Shown piece by piece: positions 56,848-61,416 of a DNA stretch of 61,416 nucleotides (position 1 is its first letter; each line of letters opens with the position of its first letter). The stretch covers positions 1-61,416 of the IMG/VR virus record IMGVR_UViG_3300047509_000054; one strand, written 5' to 3'. The stretch comes from a virus. Lineage: Duplodnaviria; Caudoviricetes. The position numbers and the translations under genes were made by a program. A model generated the notes under the pieces. The model was not told the DNA's origin. It saw only the letters and a list, made by a program, of their open reading frames with translations, and ran no database searches.

Positions 56848-57392
56848 ACCGTGCCGACCTCCTCGGGCGCCGAGAGCGCGGCCTCTGTAATATCGACTAG
56901 ACGATTCGACCACCCATTGAGGTCCAGCGCCGCGTTCGGATCGACCGCATAGGCTTCCGCCCGCAGGTACATGAATTTAAGAAACACGGTAAGGACCGCC
57001 GTGCTCTCCGGCGGCGGCAGTGCTGCCAAGGTCTTTGGCCCTATCGCCCCATCGACGACGACACCGAGCACTCGCTGGAGCCTCTTCGCGGCGCCGCCAT
57101 CGCCATGATTCACACTGTCATCGAACAGCCCGAGCGCCAGCATCCACGGCATCGCGTCACAACGGCAAGCAAGCCAATAGTCCTGGCGATAAAGAGCCTT
57201 GGCCTGCTCTAAGGTCAGACCGGCGATGTCCATAGTCGGATAGGCAGCGGCGCTGATGCCATATTTGGTGCCTCTGAGCTCGCCCAGGCCGATACGGCCG
57301 CCGGTCCAGTTTCCCCGGTCGCTCGCGCTCTTGGAGTAGCGCCCCTCGATGCCCACGACAATGCCAACGGCCAAAGGGAAGTAGTCTGTCAC
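56844..57392 (-). CDS. Endolysin, glycoside hydrolase family 108
   Basis: 'EGRY....DRG..T..TKYGIS', 'FD..VNHG', 'LQR.LGV.VDGAIGPKTL', 'GW.NR'. Confidence 0.9.
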   Translation of the reverse strand: MTDYFPLAVGIVVGIEGRYSKSASDRGNWTGGRIGLGELRGTKYGISAAAYPTMDIAGLTLEQAKALYRQDYWLACRCDAMPWMLALGLFDDSVNHGDGGAAKRLQRVLGVVVDGAIGPKTLAALPPPESTAVLTVFLKFMYLRAEAYAVDPNAALDLNGWSNRLVDITEAALSAPEEVGTV

Positions 57393-57622
57393 TTCGGCCC
57401 CTCCGCACGCTTCTGCGCCTCGGCCAGCGCCTTCTCAAGCTCGGCGATGCGCGCCGCCAGTTCCGCGACCTTTGCCCTCGCCATAATGGCCTGCTGCATC
57501 TGCGTCGCCGCCTCGCGCGCCGCGTCCTCGATGACGTAGCTCTCGGGCGTGCGCTTGGGCGGCTCCTGCGCGAGGGCAGGGGCGGCCAGCAGGACGAGGG
57601 CGAGGGCGAGGCGGGTCAGCAT
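57389..57622 (-). CDS. Signal-peptide coiled-coil protein
   Basis: MLTRLALALVLLAAPALA-Q. Confidence 0.65.
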   Translation of the reverse strand: MLTRLALALVLLAAPALAQEPPKRTPESYVIEDAAREAATQMQQAIMARAKVAELAARIAELEKALAEAQKRAEGPK

Positions 57623-59334
57623 CCGGTGACCCCTGCCCCCACGTTGTCGAGCACCGTGAACTGCGACGCGCTCGTTCCTGCATGAGCAACGAGCTTCGCC
57701 GTTCCCGCAGAGGTTCCGCATACCCACGTCAATTTTGCTCCGTTCGCACCCGCCGCTCCAGTCGGCGTGATGACCTGAAATCCGAGTTCGCCATCAGTAA
57801 GATTGAGCAATGTTCCGGTTCCAACCATCGCCGCTGCGTTGACGTGGAGCGTACTCTGAGCGGAGATCAGGCCGCTCGCCAACTGAAGAACGGAGGCATT
57901 GTTGGAAACGAAAGTCCAAGCATTCAGCACCGACGAGTGGCAAATCCTCGATCGCCCGAGAATTGTGGTATTCGGAAAATTCGTACCCCATGCGCTGTTG
58001 TTCGACGCGCTGCCAAAGATACAAGAATCGTCGGGCATCGCGAGAATCGCCGGTCCATTATAGCCGAGAGCGTAGATCGCGCCGCTCCCAGTTCCGCCTG
58101 TCGGACTGTTCGGAGTTGCCGGATCGACGGAATATTTGCCGGCCTTCTCTAGCGCCCAAGTCAGGATCGTTCCGCCGCCGTTGACGGTCAGTACACGCAC
58201 CGAAGTCTGCATGTCGAACGTGCCGCCGACCATCGTCAGCACATCGCCGGCCGTGTAGGCCGTTCCGCCGTTGCTTAGAGAAATCGTGCTTACAATATCG
58301 TCGGGAAAGGTTGCCCCGGAGAAGTCCAGACCGATACCAAGTGGCCCGGTCGCGTTGAGGACGGCATCGATCGGCTTCGCCCCGGTGCTGTGGATATGAT
58401 ACCCGATCCATTTGGTGTTGCGGTCGCCAACCGAGTTGGTACGGTTCATATTCTGGACGATACCGAGTACATCGCCCTGAAAGCCATTGTCGCCAAAATT
58501 ACCGTCGCCCAAGCCCTCCATGTGGCCGAAATCCACCGAGGTCGCGAGATCGAAGGCGCCGAAGGAAACTTCGGGACAGCCGGAGCCGTTAGGGAACGTG
58601 GCGCTACACGTCGATGTGACAGAGCCACCCGTGAAGTATCCGGTGAGGTCACCGGCACCCTGATTGAGCAGGTTCCATCGGTTTGCCGAGGCGCCGGTAC
58701 GACCGAGGCTGTCCGGCGAGTTGTAGCCTGCGGTCAGCCGATAGACGCCGTAAATAGGGATGACGTTGCGCGGCTGCGAGGTTCCGCTGGCCGGCTGACC
58801 TAGCGCGGTGCCGGTCACGTTGTAGTCAATCGCCAGCACGGCCTTGGAGAAGTCGCCATTGAACGAGGTGAACTCGGCGTTTGTGCTGTAGCTTCCAAGC
58901 AAGGCTGGTGGCGTCGAGATGTTGACGTAGATCGGGCCGAGGAGATTGTTGTTGCTGTCGCCGATGCGGCCGGGGCCGCTGAACATCCCGGCGAAGGTCG
59001 ATCGCGGAATAGTCGTATCGCAATAGTTGAGATAGGCCGGCAAGGTCTGCCGCGGCACTATCCCGCCGCCGGCCGCGTCGAAGGCGGCGATGGCCGCCGT
59101 GTTGTCGGCGGCGTTGCCGTTGCACGTCGCACCGGTTAGAACGCCCAAGGTTGCGGGGGCGAGCGGCACGTAGCCGAGATAGTCCTGCTTCGAGGCGAAC
59201 TCGATCTCCCACTGAGCCGGCGTCCAAGTGATGCTCCTCCCACTGGTCGGCGTTGGGAGTCCAGGAGCCGATATCGACTGCGCGAGCGCCGCGCCGGACC
59301 AAAGGAGCGCCACGATGAGGGGAACGCCTCTCAC
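57616..59334 (-). CDS. Tail spike/fibre-like protein with predicted signal peptide
   Basis: GTG start coupled to the upstream stop; MRGVPLIVALLWSGAALA-Q; beta-rich G/T/N body. Confidence 0.65.
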   Translation of the reverse strand: MRGVPLIVALLWSGAALAQSISAPGLPTPTSGRSITWTPAQWEIEFASKQDYLGYVPLAPATLGVLTGATCNGNAADNTAAIAAFDAAGGGIVPRQTLPAYLNYCDTTIPRSTFAGMFSGPGRIGDSNNNLLGPIYVNISTPPALLGSYSTNAEFTSFNGDFSKAVLAIDYNVTGTALGQPASGTSQPRNVIPIYGVYRLTAGYNSPDSLGRTGASANRWNLLNQGAGDLTGYFTGGSVTSTCSATFPNGSGCPEVSFGAFDLATSVDFGHMEGLGDGNFGDNGFQGDVLGIVQNMNRTNSVGDRNTKWIGYHIHSTGAKPIDAVLNATGPLGIGLDFSGATFPDDIVSTISLSNGGTAYTAGDVLTMVGGTFDMQTSVRVLTVNGGGTILTWALEKAGKYSVDPATPNSPTGGTGSGAIYALGYNGPAILAMPDDSCIFGSASNNSAWGTNFPNTTILGRSRICHSSVLNAWTFVSNNASVLQLASGLISAQSTLHVNAAAMVGTGTLLNLTDGELGFQVITPTGAAGANGAKLTWVCGTSAGTAKLVAHAGTSASQFTVLDNVGAGVTGC

Positions 59335-60143
59335 CGGCCGAGCGCCTTCTTCAACTCGTCGATCTCGCGTTGCTGATCCTGAATTGCCCGCACGAGGACC
59401 GCCGTCAGTTGCATGTAGCGCACGCCCTTGATGTCGCCGTTGCCGTCTCGTCCGATCAGCCGCTCGTCGATCGCGCCGACCTCCTCGGCCATGAGGCCGA
59501 CCTGTCGCCCGAGATGCGTCGGGTTGAACTCCGGCCGGAGATCGTAGCTCACCGGCCGCATTTTCATCACCGCGTCGAGCCCGATGTCGAGCGGCTTGTC
59601 GTGCATCTTGAACCGCGCCGATGAGGCGAGGCAGGCGACGGTCGTGTCCACGGTGATGGCGCCGGTCCCCGTCGTCCAGCACAGCGTTCCCGTCTGCGCG
59701 ACAGAAGTCTGAGTAAGAGCGGGCGCAAACATCTGCGCGTTGAACTTTACTCCCTGCGTTGCGTCGATCAGAACGGCCTGCGTCGTTGCCGTAGAAAGCG
59801 CCAGTTGATTGGCGAGCGGGCGATAGATGCCATTCAGCGGCACGGTAGCGCCGATGACATTGACATTCGCGCTCTGGATGGCCCCGGATGCGGTTAAGCC
59901 AGCAACGAGCGTGGTTCCGGTCAACGTCGGCGCTGCCGAGAACACGACGTTACCCGTTCCAGTGGTGCCTGCCACTGTGACTCCAGAAATTGCCCCTACC
60001 GTCGTCACACCAGCCGCCGTAGCCGTCACGTCGCCAGTGAGCGAGGTTACCGCTATTCCAGGCGGAAAATTGATCTGCGCATCGGCGACGCCTGCCGCTA
60101 AGACAGCGAGCAGTGCGTATCTGGCTACGGCATATAGGCGCAT
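59331..60143 (-). CDS. Fibre protein with C-terminal intramolecular chaperone (S74-like) and predicted signal peptide
   Basis: 'SSARFK..D...L..V..MRPV.Y...GLMAEEV...V.Y..L...LV.AIQ' plus coiled coil; N-terminal ALLAVLAAGVADA-Q. Confidence 0.75.
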   Translation of the reverse strand: MRLYAVARYALLAVLAAGVADAQINFPPGIAVTSLTGDVTATAAGVTTVGAISGVTVAGTTGTGNVVFSAAPTLTGTTLVAGLTASGAIQSANVNVIGATVPLNGIYRPLANQLALSTATTQAVLIDATQGVKFNAQMFAPALTQTSVAQTGTLCWTTGTGAITVDTTVACLASSARFKMHDKPLDIGLDAVMKMRPVSYDLRPEFNPTHLGRQVGLMAEEVGAIDERLIGRDGNGDIKGVRYMQLTAVLVRAIQDQQREIDELKKALGR

Positions 60144-60778
60144 GTGAATTTCTGGCTCCCTGCTCCCGCGCCCCAAATGGCGATCGGGTCGGTTGTGCAG
60201 ACCGTCGAGTCGAGAAAGAAATTGGCCCCTGAAGGAAGGAGAAATCCGCTCCCGGCGCCGACTGCCGGATCGGCGACGCCGTTGGGGTCGAGTTCGGAGT
60301 TTCGGATGAAGACCTGTGGCGTGATGACGTAGCCGAGGCCGCCGTCATCGACGACGATGGAGGTGACGACGCCAGCGGTGAGGACGGCGCGTGCCTTGGC
60401 TGGTCGATGCTGGAGCCTGCCGCTGCTGATCATGCCCGTTCCCGGCACCGGCCATCCGACGAGGCCCGCGCCGACCATCTGCGGGTTGCCGCTGTCGCCG
60501 CCGCCGTAGAACTCGACGACGGGAGGGCGCGTGAAGCCGAAGCCGCCGTTGATGACAGTGCAGGAGGTGACGACGCCTGAGGTCAGCGTGGCCGTCGCCC
60601 GCGCGCTGCCGATCTCAAGCCACATCGTCCCGGCTGAGATGTTCTGGACCGAGAGATACGAGCGCGACTTCGCTTCGGGAAGGACAAGGGTGCCCGTCGC
60701 GGCGAGGGCGGTTACGGACCCGTCGGCACGAAAAATAAAATCTCTGATCTGCTGGCCGCGCGAGCCGACGAGTTGCAT
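60125..60778 (-). CDS. Structural protein with GSGY-type repeats
   Basis: 'VTSCTVINGGFGF..PP.V', 'VTSIVVDDGGLGY..TP.V'. Confidence 0.6.
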   Translation of the reverse strand: MQLVGSRGQQIRDFIFRADGSVTALAATGTLVLPEAKSRSYLSVQNISAGTMWLEIGSARATATLTSGVVTSCTVINGGFGFTRPPVVEFYGGGDSGNPQMVGAGLVGWPVPGTGMISSGRLQHRPAKARAVLTAGVVTSIVVDDGGLGYVITPQVFIRNSELDPNGVADPAVGAGSGFLLPSGANFFLDSTVCTTDPIAIWGAGAGSQKFTCAYMP

Positions 60779-60787
60779 GGCGGGTTC

Positions 60788-61279
60788 CTATGGCGCTGAG
60801 TACGGCAGGACGACGATGAGTTGCTGCGTGCCTTTGTCGCAGGATGTGTAGGCGTCGATGTGCCCGGTTCCGCCCTGCGCCATTCCCGGCGACAGCGATC
60901 CTTGGCTTGTCCATGTGCCGACGCCGCCGCCAGAGGCGAACACATCGCCGCCATCGGCAACTCCGTTCGTCGAGTGGGCCGACCCAACAACCATGAAGCC
61001 GCTCGCGGTCGGATCGCTGAGGATTTGCGTGATCTGCCATCCGGTGATGCTTATCGCCTGCCCTCCGTCGAACGGGTTTCCTTGGACGGATGGGGTCGGG
61101 CAGATTGTGAAAGCACCTAGCGGGCAAAGAGGGCGCCCGTAGGACGACACAACAGGCGCGCCCCAAAAACTACAAGGAAACGCGGCAGACACCCAATAGA
61201 TACTCCACAACCCAGCGGCGCTCGCTGGACCGGCCAGAAGGATGAAAAGAACGGTAAGGAATCTCAGCAAATATTTCAT
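60788..61279 (-). CDS. Predicted secreted protein
   Basis: MKYLLRFLTVLFILLAGPASA-A; 4 Cys. Confidence 0.65.
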   Translation of the reverse strand: MKYLLRFLTVLFILLAGPASAAGLWSIYWVSAAFPCSFWGAPVVSSYGRPLCPLGAFTICPTPSVQGNPFDGGQAISITGWQITQILSDPTASGFMVVGSAHSTNGVADGGDVFASGGGVGTWTSQGSLSPGMAQGGTGHIDAYTSCDKGTQQLIVVLPYSAP

Positions 61280-61289
61280 CCAAATCTCT

Positions 61290-61416
61290 GAGACCGGGAA
61301 GGAACATTTGTTACCATCAGACGCCGATCGCTATCCAAGTATAGTTGATTGCGCCGGTGGTTGCCGTCTGACCAAACGTAAAAGAGGAAAGTGACGCAGG
61401 GACGGCGGTTGGCGGC
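61290..61416. repeat. Terminal direct repeat, copy 2
   Basis: Identical to 1-127. Confidence 0.95.

Noticed and set aside
1-61416. CRISPR or other regular arrays, tRNA, tmRNA or rRNA genes
   Set aside because: No regularly spaced repeats or canonical tRNA arms were seen by eye; tRNAscan-SE, ARAGORN and a repeat finder would confirm.

Overview
This appears to be a complete, circularly assembled high-GC tailed phage genome of about 61.3 kb: bases 1-127 recur exactly at 61290-61416, most likely an assembly overlap. It is podovirus-like, with an adaptor, nozzle and ejection-protein-like genes but no tape measure or sheath. GcrA-like and GapR-like genes suggest an alphaproteobacterial host. Recognisable modules are large terminase, portal (on the opposite strand to the other head genes), scaffold, major capsid, tail and receptor-binding proteins, a GH108 lysis cassette, an ERF plus YqaJ recombination pair, RuvC, three HNH nucleases and a TGT/DpdA-like base-exchange enzyme. 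I recognised no integrase, CI repressor, polymerase or helicase. Four things stand out. (1) A roughly 400-nt non-coding element occurs twice in inverted orientation (2901-3298 +, 10117-10510 -). It shows compensatory base changes, two predicted pseudoknots and a GNRA/UNCG tetraloop swap; each copy has its own sigma70-like promoter and a different small cargo ORF. (2) Several further large, structured intergenic regions suggest an ncRNA-rich phage. (3) A nucleotide-sugar pathway between terminase and portal could build and transfer a C4-branched 3,6-dideoxy sugar. (4) Several tail-fibre-like proteins carry Sec/Tat signal peptides. All calls come from reading motifs by eye; no searches or folding programs were run.
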